64,000 nucleotides of DNA from Pirellulales bacterium. Its GTDB lineage: Bacteria; Planctomycetota; Planctomycetia; Pirellulales; PALSA-1355. The stretch covers positions 15,012-79,011 of the forward strand of contig CAVTBU010000003.1 in assembly GCA_963733035.1 (NCBI GenBank), read 5' to 3'. Shown here piece by piece: positions 28,583 to 39,371 of the stretch (within the stretch, counting starts at the first letter, position 1; every line of letters begins with the position of its first letter). The position numbers and the translations under genes are program-made. The notes below the pieces were generated by a model. It did not search any database. It had not been told where the DNA came from and saw only the letters and a list, made by a program, of their open reading frames with translations.

Positions 28583-29713
28583 ATGGCGGCCAAAAAAAAG
28601 CAGAAGATTCGGGCTCAGTTTCGCAAGAACCGTGCGGAGCGGGCTCGGAGTGACGAATGGACGCGTCGATTCCGCGCCGAAGGGGCCGAAGGGGTCGATG
28701 ACGCCGCGCTGGCCGAACGCATCAGTGGCAAGGGCGAGCTCAATCGTCGCCGCACGGTTTTGGTCGAACTTGCCGCAGGCGACGCGGCAGCGCAGCTCGA
28801 CGTTGACGACTCGCTGGTCAAGTTGGGGCGTGTGTTGGCCGTCCAGGGTTTGTTGAGCACTGTTCAGGCCGAAGACGGCGCCGTGTTCATGTGCGCCACG
28901 CGGCGGCTGCTGAAGACAATGGCCACCGACGAACGCCACGTGGTCGCGGCCGGCGACTTCGTGATGTTTCGGCCGGTTACGGCCGACGAGGGTATCATCG
29001 AACGGGTTGAACCCCGCAAAACGGTGCTCAGCCGTGCGACGCGTGGTCGCCAGCACATTTTGGTGGCCAATGCCGACCAGCTTCTGATTGTCGGCAGCGC
29101 GGCCGAACCTTACCTGAAACCGCACCTGATCGATCGGTTCTTGATCAGCGCCCACCAGACCGGTCTGCGGCCCTTGATCTGCATCAACAAAATCGACCTG
29201 GTCGATCCGGCTTCACTGGCGCCGCTGGTGGGCACCTATAGTCAAATGGGCTACCGCGTGCTGATGCTCTCGGCAGCAACCGGCTTTGGCATCGACCGCT
29301 TGCGACAGGAGTTGAACGGGCGTGCTAGCGTCGTGGCGGGGCAAAGCGGCGTCGGCAAATCGTCGCTGTTGAACGCCGTGGACCCGGCGCTCGTGCTGCG
29401 CACCGCTGCGGTCAGCACCGAAACGCAAAAGGGACGGCACACGACGACTACGGCCCGGCTGTGGCCCCTTTCGACGGGCGGCTACGTCATCGATACGCCG
29501 GGAATCCGCCAGTTTCAATTGTGGGACGTGATCCCGGCGGAAGTGGCCGGCTATTTCCGCGATTTGCGCCCGTATATCAATCACTGCCGGTTTCCGAACT
29601 GCACGCATACCCATGAGTCGAACTGCGCCGTGAAAAATGCCGTGGCCGACGGTTGGCTCGACCTGCGTCGATACGAAAGCTATTGCCAGTTATTTGCCGG
29701 AGATACCCAGTAA
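28583..29713 (+). CDS. rsgA: ribosome small subunit-dependent GTPase A
   Basis: 'NKID', 'GQSGVGKSS', 'GRHTTT', 'DTPG', C-terminal CxxxxCxHxxxxxC. Confidence 0.95.
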   Translation: MAAKKKQKIRAQFRKNRAERARSDEWTRRFRAEGAEGVDDAALAERISGKGELNRRRTVLVELAAGDAAAQLDVDDSLVKLGRVLAVQGLLSTVQAEDGAVFMCATRRLLKTMATDERHVVAAGDFVMFRPVTADEGIIERVEPRKTVLSRATRGRQHILVANADQLLIVGSAAEPYLKPHLIDRFLISAHQTGLRPLICINKIDLVDPASLAPLVGTYSQMGYRVLMLSAATGFGIDRLRQELNGRASVVAGQSGVGKSSLLNAVDPALVLRTAAVSTETQKGRHTTTTARLWPLSTGGYVIDTPGIRQFQLWDVIPAEVAGYFRDLRPYINHCRFPNCTHTHESNCAVKNAVADGWLDLRRYESYCQLFAGDTQ

Positions 29714-29873
29714 CGACGAACCCCAGGCACCGCCAGACTGTCCAGCTAGTTGGTTTTACCCAGTGAACCAATTGCCATTTGCGGAGTAGAATTGAATACG
29801 TGGCCGAGCCGAAACGAGCTCGCATCAGGCTACGTTGAACCCTTCAGGAACAACCAATAGGAAACGAGCGCCT

Positions 29874-31225
29874 GTGACAGAAAAAAACCGGGTTGAGAGC
29901 GTCGCCAGCGAGGCGGCCATTCTCGTCGGAGTGTTACTTCCACATCAAGAATTTCACGGCGATCCGCTGGAGGAATTGGAGGGGCTGGCCACGACGGCCG
30001 GTTCGCGCGTGGTTGGTCAATTGACTCAACGCCGTCAGACGCCCGACATCACCACCTATCTTGGCAAGGGAAAGGTGGATGAACTCAAGCAACTGGTCGG
30101 AGCGACCGACGCCGATGTCGTGTTGTTCGACAACGATCTGACGCCCGCTCAAACCCGGAATCTCGAAGAAGCCTCCGGCATCAAGGTGCTCGATCGGAGC
30201 GAGCTGATTCTCGATATCTTCGCCAGCCGCGCGAGACGTACCAGGCCCGACTGGCCGTCGAGCTCGCGCAACTGCAATACTCGCTACCGCGGCTGAAGCA
30301 GATGTGGAATCACTTGTCGCGGCTCAAGATGGGCATCGGCATGCGTGGTCCTGGCGAGAAGCAGCTGGAAGTCGACCGCCGACTGGTCGAGAAGAAGATC
30401 AGCGAATTACGAGGCGAACTCAAGGCGATCGAACAGCGCAAGGAGCGCGAAGTTGCGGCCCGCAGCGAACGGATGACCGTTTCGTTGGTCGGCTACACGA
30501 ACGCTGGCAAGAGCACGCTGCTCAACAAGCTCACGGGGGCCGACGTGCTGGCCGAGAACCGGCTGTTCGCGACGCTCGATACGCGGACCCGGCGGTGGCA
30601 ACTTCCCGGCTGGGGACCGGTGCTGCTGAGCGATACAGTTGGTTTCATCCGCGACTTGCCCCACCATTTGATCGCCAGCTTCAAGGCCACGCTCGAAGAG
30701 GCACGGCATGCCGACCTGCTGCTGCACGTGGCCGATGCCAGCAATCCGGCGGCGCTGGAGCAGATTGCCGTGGTCTATCAGGTGCTCGAGGAGTTGGGCA
30801 TCAAGGAGAAGGATACGCTGCTGGTGCTCAACAAGACCGACGCTACGGATCGAGGCCAGCTGGCAGCGCTTCGTAGTCGCTATCCGCACGGGCTGTCCGT
30901 CAGCGCCTACACCGGAGACGGCATCGACAAGCTGTCCGCGGCCGTCAGCCAGGTGCTCAGCAACAACTTCCTCGACATCGACGTGGAAACCGGGGTGGAA
31001 AATGGCCGCTTGTTGGCGTTGCTTTCAAACCATGGCGAAGTGCTTTCCAAACGCTACACCGACTCTCGCGTGATCGTGCACTGCCGAATTCCAGAGCGCG
31101 CGATGGGACATCTCCGCGGCACGGGTGCGGACATCCGCCCGCATGGCCGTGCGGCGATGGGTTCGAACGGCGCAAACGGTCACGCACCGCCTCATTATGC
31201 CAACGGGCAGCAAGCCAGCCAGTAG
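29874..31225 (+). CDS. hflX: GTPase HflX (frameshift near 30235, probably a sequencing error)
   Basis: 'GKGK..LTPAQ.RNLE..DR..LILDIFA.RA' joins 'GPGEKQLEVDRR', 'GYTNAGKST', 'FATLD', 'DTVGF'. Confidence 0.92.
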
Positions 31226-31313
31226 TCTGGCTCGCGGCGGCCCGCAATGAAAATCCAAGGCAAGTTGTGGCCCGGATTTCTTCATTGACCGGTGTGTCAC
31301 TATATTGTTCCGC

Positions 31314-32096
31314 ATGGCACGTCGAGAAATCACAGGGCTACGCGGCATTCTGACTGGCGCTTCCAGTGGCATTGGTCGGGCGCTGGCCGTGGAACTGGTG
31401 CAACAGGGAGCACGACTCGTCGTGGTCGCCAGGCGGCAGGCGCGTTTGGACGAGCTGAAGCAGAGTCTGGCGGGCGCAACGGGGGAAATTCTGACGCTGG
31501 CCGCGGACGTGACGGAGCCGGTTGCGCAACGCGCCGCCATCGAGCGGGCCAAGGACGCCTTTGGGGGTCTCGATTTCGTCGTCAACAATGCCGGCGTCGG
31601 GGCGATGGGCCGATTCGAAGAGGCTTCTCCCGAGCGGCTGCGGCAGGTGATGGAAGTCAACTTCTTTGCCGCTGCCGAGCTGACGCGCGACGCGGTCCCA
31701 CTACTGAAGCAGGGGCGTCACCCGATCGTGGTTAACGTGAGCAGCGTGTTGGGGCATCGCGGCGTGCCGGGCTACGCGGAGTATTGTGCCAGCAAGTTTG
31801 CTCTCGAGGGCTTCAGCCAATCCCTGCGAGCCGAGCTCGCCCCACAGGGGATCGACGTGCTGGTGGTGAGCCCCGCGCGAACTCGCACCGAGTTTTTTGA
31901 GCAAGCAATCGGCGCCGAGGCCACGCCCTGGCCGCTGATAAAAGGCATGACCTCCGAGACAGTAGCCCGGCGGATCGTCCATGCGATGCGGCGGGGAAAG
32001 CATCAACTGATTATCAGCCTGGGCGGCAAAGCCTTGGTATGGGTCAGCCGATTGCTGCCGGGAATCGTCGACCGGATCTTAGCGCGGCACGGCTAA
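31314..32096 (+). CDS. SDR family oxidoreductase
   Basis: TGASSGIG, NNAG, YCASK. Confidence 0.92.
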   Translation: MARREITGLRGILTGASSGIGRALAVELVQQGARLVVVARRQARLDELKQSLAGATGEILTLAADVTEPVAQRAAIERAKDAFGGLDFVVNNAGVGAMGRFEEASPERLRQVMEVNFFAAAELTRDAVPLLKQGRHPIVVNVSSVLGHRGVPGYAEYCASKFALEGFSQSLRAELAPQGIDVLVVSPARTRTEFFEQAIGAEATPWPLIKGMTSETVARRIVHAMRRGKHQLIISLGGKALVWVSRLLPGIVDRILARHG

Positions 32097-32281
32097 CCTG
32101 GCTGAAGGAGGCCTTTTTCGCTGGTTGAAAGGCCCTCCGCAACCCTCGGCGGCTGGGCTGACATCCGGAGGAATTTGCGTTATTCTAGGAGTTTGCGATC
32201 CTGGCGGAGCCTAACGCCGGGTTCGTTTGGTTCCCGCCCTCCCAGATTGCAGCCAACCGATCTCCCCAAGGAGCCCTTCCG

Positions 32282-33739
32282 ATGTCGAAGCGTACACGAC
32301 GCCAGTTTCTGGAAGATTCGATGTTTGCGGCGGCAGCCGCAGTTGCGGCCAGTCCGGCCACCGCGGCGTTTGCAGCCGAGAAGGCCCCTAGCGACAGCCC
32401 GAGCGAAAAGCTGGGCGTGGCCGTGGTTGGTTGCGGCGGGCGCGGCGGCTCACACTTGGATGCCTTTGCCAGCCGCCCGGACAGCGAAGTTCTGTACGTC
32501 GTCGACGTGGACGAAAACACCGCCAAACGTCGCGCCAAGTACGTCACCGAAAAGCAGGGACGCGAGCCGAAGATCGTGGCCGATATGCGAGACGCGTTTG
32601 ACGATCCGGCCGTCGACATTGTGACGACGGCCACTCCCAACCACTGGCACTCCTTGGTGGCCATCTGGGCGATGCAGGCGGGCAAGGATGTGTATGTCGA
32701 AAAGCCGGTGAGCCACAACGTGAGTGAAGGACGCCGCGCGGTGGAAGCGGCTCGCAAATACAACCGCATCTGCCAGACCGGGACACAGTGCCGGTCGAAC
32801 AAGGGCATGCAGGATGCGATGCAGTACATTCACGACGGCAAGCTTGGCAAGGTCAACGTCGCCCGGGGATTGTGCTACAAACGCCGTCCTTCGATCGGCG
32901 CCAGGGGAGACTACCCGGTGCCGAAGGAGGTGAACTACGACCTGTGGTTGGGACCAGCGCCGATCGCACCCGTCACGCGTCCGCGGTTTCACTACGATTG
33001 GCACTGGCAGTGGCCGTACGGCAATGGCGACCTCGGCAACCAGGGGATCCACCAGATGGACCTCTGCCGGTGGGCCCTGGGCGTTGACCGCTTGAGCGAT
33101 TGGGTGCTGAGCTACGGTGGCCGCGTCGGCTACGAAGACGCCGGCGACACCGCCAACACCCAGATGATCGTGCACGGCTACGGCGATCAGGCTCTGGTGT
33201 TTGAAGTGCGTGGGCTGGTAACCGAACCGTATAAGGGCGCCAACGTCGGCATCATCATTGAAGGCGCCGACGGCTACCTTGTGATGACCAGCTACGACGA
33301 CGGAGCCGCCTTTGATCCGGACGGCAAGATCGTGCAGGAATTCACCGGCGGCGGCGATCACTTTGGTAACTTCGTCGCGGCCGTGCGTAGCCGCAATCAT
33401 GAGGATCTGAACGCCGACATCGAGGAGGGGCACCTCTCGAGCGCCTTGTGCCACCTGGGTAACATTTCCTACCGCTTGGGCGAGCCGCTGTCGGTGCCGC
33501 AGATTGAAGAGCGGTTGCAGGATCTCAAGTCCGCCGAGCACGCGGTGGCGAGCTACGAGCGATTTAAGGAACATCTGGCACACAACAAGCTCGACCTGGA
33601 TACGCTCAAACTCGGCTATGGCGTAAAGCTGGACTTCGACCCGGCCAGCGAGACCTTCAAGGATAATTCGCAAGCCGATGCGATGCTGACCCGGGAGTAT
33701 CGGGCGCCGTTCGTGGTGCCGGCCAAAGGCCAGGTATAG
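32282..33739 (+). CDS. Tat-exported Gfo/Idh/MocA family oxidoreductase
   Basis: TRRQFL Tat motif, GCGGRG, 'ATPNHWH', 'EKP', 'NQGIH'. Confidence 0.92.
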   Translation: MSKRTRRQFLEDSMFAAAAAVAASPATAAFAAEKAPSDSPSEKLGVAVVGCGGRGGSHLDAFASRPDSEVLYVVDVDENTAKRRAKYVTEKQGREPKIVADMRDAFDDPAVDIVTTATPNHWHSLVAIWAMQAGKDVYVEKPVSHNVSEGRRAVEAARKYNRICQTGTQCRSNKGMQDAMQYIHDGKLGKVNVARGLCYKRRPSIGARGDYPVPKEVNYDLWLGPAPIAPVTRPRFHYDWHWQWPYGNGDLGNQGIHQMDLCRWALGVDRLSDWVLSYGGRVGYEDAGDTANTQMIVHGYGDQALVFEVRGLVTEPYKGANVGIIIEGADGYLVMTSYDDGAAFDPDGKIVQEFTGGGDHFGNFVAAVRSRNHEDLNADIEEGHLSSALCHLGNISYRLGEPLSVPQIEERLQDLKSAEHAVASYERFKEHLAHNKLDLDTLKLGYGVKLDFDPASETFKDNSQADAMLTREYRAPFVVPAKGQV

Positions 33740-33758
33740 TCGAACAAACGAATCGAGG

Positions 33759-33800
33759 AGGAAGGCTGGAGGATACATCGTCCTTCAGCCTTTCTTTATT
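33759..33800 (+). terminator. intrinsic terminator-like hairpin
   Basis: GGAAGGCTGGAGGA / TCCTTCAGCCTTTC stem followed by TTTATTT. Confidence 0.6.
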
Positions 33801-33802
33801 TC

Positions 33803-34591
33803 ATGGCGACATCAGAACCTGGTTTTGGGATTCTGTTCGAGGACGAGCATGTCTTGGCGGTCAACAAGCCAACCGGCATTACCACGCAGGCACCGCGGGC
33901 GATTGAGAGTCTGGAGTCCCGTATCCGGCGGTACCTGGCCGCAGCGGACCGCTCGACGGAAGAGGTGTATCTCGGAATTCCGCACCGGCTCGATCGGCCG
34001 GTATCCGGCGTGATGGTGTTTGCCAAGACGCGCCGCGCGGCGCGCCGGCTTTCCAAGCAGTTCGCGCGGCGCCGCGTGAAGAAAGTTTACTGGACCTGCG
34101 TCGAGCGAACGGTCGAGCCGCTGGATGGAACCTGGGTCGACTTTCTCTACAAGTTTCATGGTCAACCGAAGACGGCCGTGGTCGAGGCCACGCATCCGGA
34201 CTCGCAAGAGGCGATTTTGCATTACCGCACGCGAGGCTTTCACCAGGCCGGGTCGTGGCTGGAGATTGAACTCGAGACCGGGAGAACGCACCAGATTCGC
34301 GTGCAGTCGTCGACGCGGGGACACCCGGTGCTCGGCGACGAAATGTATGGTGCGAGGATCCCGTTTGGGCCCTATCACGACGACGAGCGACAGCGATTGA
34401 TTGCGCTGCACGCGCGGTCGCTGACGTTCTTTCACCCGTTGAGCAAGGAGGCGATGACGCTGGAAGCGCCCTTGGGTGACGCTTGGGCGGCACTGACGTT
34501 AACGCGGCGTAACGGTGTGGGGTGTGGCGCGGGTGAGTTGGCAACTGGTACCGAGAGACGCGAGGAGCTTCCCGACAAAACGGGGGGCTGA
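33803..34591 (+). CDS. RluA family pseudouridine synthase
   Basis: 'VNKP.G', 'HRLD..VSG', 'TGRTHQIRVQ', 'GD..YG', 'LHAR.L.F.HP'. Confidence 0.92.
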   Translation: MATSEPGFGILFEDEHVLAVNKPTGITTQAPRAIESLESRIRRYLAAADRSTEEVYLGIPHRLDRPVSGVMVFAKTRRAARRLSKQFARRRVKKVYWTCVERTVEPLDGTWVDFLYKFHGQPKTAVVEATHPDSQEAILHYRTRGFHQAGSWLEIELETGRTHQIRVQSSTRGHPVLGDEMYGARIPFGPYHDDERQRLIALHARSLTFFHPLSKEAMTLEAPLGDAWAALTLTRRNGVGCGAGELATGTERREELPDKTGG

Positions 34592-34613
34592 AGGCGTGAG
34601 CATCGCCGGGACG

Positions 34614-36031
34614 TCAGGTGATCCATCCCAGCGAATGCAGGAAGTTCCACAACCACGGGTGCGTCCATGGATTCCATGTCGGATAGCTAGCCGACATGAC
34701 GCTCAGCGCCAGCAGCACCGAGGCAAATACCTGAGCGGCGCGACAACATGCCAGCCGGTCGGCGGCCGGCAAGAGGGCCACGAGCCAGAGCGGCGCGAAC
34801 CAGAACATCCAGCGAAAGCCGCTCGTCATGCCGCCGTAGTTGCGATCGATTTCCGGCCGCAGCATGTAGAACGTCAGGCAGACGACCGACAACAGCCCGA
34901 TGAAGATCGCCAGCGCCGGTAAATCGCGGCGCCACAGCAGCCATAGTCCCCATACGCTCAGCAGCCAAATGGGTGTCAGCGAGAAGATTCCATGATGGCC
35001 AATCGTGGAATGCAGGACGTAGGTGCCCAGGCACGGCTCGCCACGATCAATTCCCTGTGGATTCCGCCAGTAGCTGTCGCGCAGTTTCCCACCCCGCATG
35101 TAAGAGTAGTCGTACCAGTTGTCCTCGGGGATTGTCGCGCTGCGGTGCATGTAAGGGGGCGCAGGCTGCCGTGCGCCAGATAGTTCGTCCCCAGAGCGGC
35201 CGCCGCGACGATGAGCGCCGGCGGCGCGAAAGCAACGAGCGCCGGTCGCGGACATTTCCAGAGCAATACTGCGCCGGTTAGCGCAAACAGCGACAGAGCG
35301 GGCAATTCGTTGGTGACCGCCAGTGCCGAGAAGAAACCAGCCAGCACAAAGTATCGTCGTCGCCGCTCGCCGTCGTACCAGATGCGCACGAGCGCCCAAA
35401 GCACGACGGCAGCGCAGACGGCGGCGGGCAGATGGTTGTTGATCGATACGGCAAACGTCGTGAGAAACGTGCCAAAGCAGGCGGCGGCAACCATGAACAT
35501 GCGGCCGAAGTCTGTCGTGCCGAGGCGTTCGGCCAACAGCGCGAGCACGAAGAAATAGAGCACCAGCGGCACGACGTTGAACAGCACCAGCAGCGAGCGG
35601 CCGACCTCGTACGGGTATTCGCCGAGCGTGGCGCCAGTCGTGTGGTGGATCAGCCAATAGGGGCCCGCCATCACCGTGGCGAAAAGGGGGGGCTTGCTCG
35701 AGTACTGGTGTAGCTGGCCGTCCCACCCTCGATGTTGCACCATGTCGATGGTGTCCCAGCCGCGCTCTTGGATCACATCGTCGATCGTATAGGTGCCGTG
35801 TTCAACCAGTGCTCGGACCGTAGCCCAGCGGCTGCGATCGTTGGCGCTCAGGAAAGGCCGCTGTCGCTGCCAGTCCTTGCGTCCCTCGCGATAGAGCTGG
35901 GCTTCGACGGCAATCACGTCCACGGAACTGACGGCCAGGATGCGACCGAGCATGGCACCGGTCGACAACGCGATGAGCAACAGATACACGCCCCAGCGGA
36001 GCGGGCGCGTCGGGTCGCTGGTTTCATTCAT
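34614..36031 (-). CDS. polytopic membrane protein, putative GT-C fold glycosyltransferase (frameshift near 35155)
   Basis: N-terminal TM, acidic periplasmic loop 'NDRSRW..TID..DTID..YSSKPPL' and many TM helices. The two ORFs join at a C-run. Confidence 0.7.
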
Positions 36032-37005
36032 GAGGCGTGGGCGTGGCGCGGTCGGCGTGCTCGGGCGTGCGCTCGGCCACCGAGTAGGTGTCGGTGTCGC
36101 GCACCTGGTAGGCGGTGATTAACTCGGCCAAAAAGCCCATCGACATGAGCTGCGCCGAGCAACAAGGCTCCCAGAGAATAGAGTACCGCCGGCCGCTGGT
36201 GCAAGGGCGTGATTTCCCAGCCTGGAATGGTATGGCCCAGCACCCAATTGACGGCCAGCGCCGCCATGCCCAGGAAGCCAAGCGTGAACGAAATCACTCC
36301 GATCGTGCCCAGCACGTGCTGCGGGCGCTGGCCGAAACCGGTGAGGAACTTCACGGTGAGCAGGTCGAGAAAGCCCTTCATGATCCGCCGCACGCCGTAC
36401 TTCGATTGTCCGAACTTGCGGGGACGATGATGAATGGCGATTTCGCCCACGGAAAAGCCACGCGCCGCGGCCAGCACCGGGACGAAGCGATGTAATTCGC
36501 CGTACAGCCGCACTTCGCCCAGCACGCTGCGGCGGTAGCATTTCATGCCGCAGTTGTGATCGTGCAATCGCACGCCCGTCATCCAACTGACCAGGGCGTT
36601 GAAGGCCCGCGAGGGATAGACCTTGTGCCAGGGATCGTGGCGCACCTGCTTCCAGCCGCTGACGACGTCGAGCTCCTCGGACATCGCCGCGAGGAAACGG
36701 GGGATTTCGTGCGGATCGTCCTGCAAGTCGGCGTCAAGCGTCATCACCAACTCGCCGCGCACTGCCCGAAAGCCGGCCGACAGCGCGGCAGCCTTGCCAA
36801 AGTTGCGACGGAAGCGAATGCCCCGCACGCGCGAATCCTGGGCTGCTAAACGGCGGATAACACTCCACGAGCCGTCCTTTGAACCGTCATCAATGAAGAT
36901 GATTTCAAGATCATAGTCGCCCGCACGCGCAACTTCGTCGAGCTCCTGGTGCAAGAGTTCGAGGCTTTCGCGTTCGTTGAAGACGGGGATGACGATCGAC
37001 AACAT
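36024..37005 (-). CDS. GT2 polyprenyl-phosphate glycosyltransferase (ArnC/GtrB/Dpm1-like; frameshift near 36150)
   Basis: 'IVIPVFNE', 'DDGSKD', 'RNFGKAAA', 'DADLQD', 'DHNCG.K', two C-terminal TM. Confidence 0.9.
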
Positions 37006-37060
37006 CGACTTGCCGGGTCGGGAGGAGGGAGTCACGGGCCGTCGACGGCGTTGGGGGCGC

Positions 37061-38050
37061 TCAGCCGCCGCTTTGGATGCTCATTTCGGCTTCGGCCACT
37101 TCGGTCACGCGGGGCATGCGCCGCCAGCCGGCCACATATAGGATAATCGAAATGGCCAGCTCCGACACGACCATCACCAGGCGGTAAAAAATGGCTGAAA
37201 CGACGGCCATGCTTTCTCCGTACATCGGCTCGATGAGCTGCGCCGAGACCCATTCGCGAACGGCCAATCCGCCCGGAATCTGCGAAAGAAACCCGGCCAC
37301 GAGCGACAACGCGACGGCCGTCGTGTGCAGTGAAAGTTCGTGAAACGGCCCCTGATCGGTTGCTCCCAGTCCCCGCAAGGTCGCCCATAGGCTCATGCCC
37401 TGCAGGAGCCAGCCGAAGGCGATGGTCAGCCAGCCGACGACGAGCATGTTCCAACTAATCTTGCGGAATTTCTTGCCGGCGGTCGGATTCAGCCGCGTTA
37501 CGCCCAGGGTGCGCAACAGAAACTCAAAAAAGAACGGGGCGGTCGGCGCACCCAGCAAGACGATCGACCCGGCGGCCGTGGCGATGAGCAACGTTTGATT
37601 CGGATGCCAGATCACGAGAACCAGGGCGGAAATCGCGGAGCCCACGGCCAGCATCGTGAAGGTGTCAAAAAAGACGCTCGCCGCGACGACCGTGTGTTCG
37701 ACCTTCGGATCGCGAAGCAACACGCGACGCAGCAAGATGACCATCCACTTGCCCGGCACATACTTGCCAAGTTGCGAGATGTAATAGGCCCGAATCGACT
37801 CCATTGGTCTGGCAGGCTGATCGGTGGCCAATAGGATTCGGTACCAAAAAAGGGCGAACGGGAACATTCCGGCCAGGTACAAGAGCCCGGAAACGAGCAG
37901 CCAAACCGGCTCCACGTGCCATTTGTGCTGGCTAAGTTGCTGGTTGCCAGTATGGAGCGCATGGTAGATGGCCCAACACAGCAGACCGAACACTCCCAGC
38001 TTGAGAGCTACGACGAGCCAATGGGTCCAGCGCTTTTTCGATTCGCTCAC
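37061..38050 (-). CDS. lysylphosphatidylglycerol-synthase TM-domain (flippase-like, UPF0104/AglD) protein
   Basis: 'YYISQLGKYVPG', 'PGGLAVRE', 'YRL'; about 8 TM. Confidence 0.85.
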   Translation of the reverse strand: MSESKKRWTHWLVVALKLGVFGLLCWAIYHALHTGNQQLSQHKWHVEPVWLLVSGLLYLAGMFPFALFWYRILLATDQPARPMESIRAYYISQLGKYVPGKWMVILLRRVLLRDPKVEHTVVAASVFFDTFTMLAVGSAISALVLVIWHPNQTLLIATAAGSIVLLGAPTAPFFFEFLLRTLGVTRLNPTAGKKFRKISWNMLVVGWLTIAFGWLLQGMSLWATLRGLGATDQGPFHELSLHTTAVALSLVAGFLSQIPGGLAVREWVSAQLIEPMYGESMAVVSAIFYRLVMVVSELAISIILYVAGWRRMPRVTEVAEAEMSIQSGG

Positions 38051-38255
38051 GAGGGTGCCCGTCGAGTGGTGTTGGCCGCGAAACCCATATTCTGTCGTTG
38101 GCCTGAGAATCAAACAAGAGCGGTCGCGTAAGCCTGGAGGGATAGTAAAGGGTCGGGCAAGCTGTTGGTTGGGGACAGCTGCTTCGACTACATCAGATGC
38201 TCCTCGGGTGATACCATGAGTTGAGCACTTGGTTTGTAAACCCGCAGGTATCGTT

Positions 38256-39335
38256 ATGAATGCGCTTTTCGTTGTCGTTGCCACCGCCGCGCTGGGCATC
38301 GAAGTGGGCTGGGAGCCGCTACCCGGTGGAGGCCACGAATATACGATTCAGATCGAGCCCCAACTGCTCGACGTGCTGGAAAAGGGGGAAGACGAAATCT
38401 ACAGCGACGTGCCCGCCGGGATCGACGTTCGACGCTATCGAATTGTCGTTGGCGTGGGCAAACTGCGGCGTGAGGCCGGTCCGCTTGTGCCGGAAGCTGC
38501 ACCGGCAGCGGGTGCTCATTCGCCAGCTGACAATGAGCCAACAGCCAGGTCTCCAATGGCGCAGCCACCTGTCGACCGTGGGACGGTTGTCAACCAACAA
38601 GTCCCTCCGAGTGCCGCACCTGCCGTCGAAGTGCCGCCCGCCGCTGCCAATCCGGCGGAAAGCCATGTTGCTGCCGGCCACGATCCATTTGGGACGCCTC
38701 CGAGCGATGATCGTGGCCTCGGCGAGATTCCACCGGCGACGGGGCAGCATCACGACGGGCAGCCGACGGTCGCCGGCAACGATCCCTACGAATCGTCGGG
38801 CGTTAGCGGAGAGCCGGCTGAGAAACCTGCGGTTGACCCCGACTTTCCGCAACATCAAATGCCCGAGCTGCCGTCGGCCAGCGAATCGCCTGCGACCGAG
38901 CCGCCTCCGGCCGGACATCCAGCGACCGACAAGCCCCCGGCGGTTGACCCTTGGGCCAAGCGTCAAGACGCGCCGTCTCCGAGCGATGCGCAGACACCGC
39001 CGCTGGCCAACGTTGATCGCAAGGACGCACCAACCGCCGAACAGCCGCCCGGCAAGCTTCCGGCCGATAGCGCCGTGGCGGGGCACATCAAGCAAACCAC
39101 GTTTGGCGATGCGAAGGTTTCGTCGTCGGAGGCTGAACCTCGCGACGCGGCCAAGCCGGCCTTGGACGGTGAGCCGCCTGGTAAGGGGCCAACCGAGGCG
39201 TGGCTGCCGCTGTTTATCGCCATCGTGCTGCTGGCTTGTTCGCTGGGTGGCAATGTATACCTAGGCTGGGTGGCTGTCGATGCGCGCGCCCGATACCGCA
39301 ACGTGGTTGCGAAGTTTCGCGGCGCCGCGGCGTAG
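38256..39335 (+). CDS. Pro/Ala/Ser/Thr-rich protein with N-terminal signal and C-terminal TM anchor
   Basis: Small N-domain 'GIEVGWEPLPGGGHEYTIQIEP', long low-complexity linker, TM 'WLPLFIAIVLLACSLGGNVYLGW'. Confidence 0.8.
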   Translation: MNALFVVVATAALGIEVGWEPLPGGGHEYTIQIEPQLLDVLEKGEDEIYSDVPAGIDVRRYRIVVGVGKLRREAGPLVPEAAPAAGAHSPADNEPTARSPMAQPPVDRGTVVNQQVPPSAAPAVEVPPAAANPAESHVAAGHDPFGTPPSDDRGLGEIPPATGQHHDGQPTVAGNDPYESSGVSGEPAEKPAVDPDFPQHQMPELPSASESPATEPPPAGHPATDKPPAVDPWAKRQDAPSPSDAQTPPLANVDRKDAPTAEQPPGKLPADSAVAGHIKQTTFGDAKVSSSEAEPRDAAKPALDGEPPGKGPTEAWLPLFIAIVLLACSLGGNVYLGWVAVDARARYRNVVAKFRGAAA

Positions 39336-39371
39336 GACGCAGCGGACCTGTCGGTTGCAGCGAAGGCGAGC

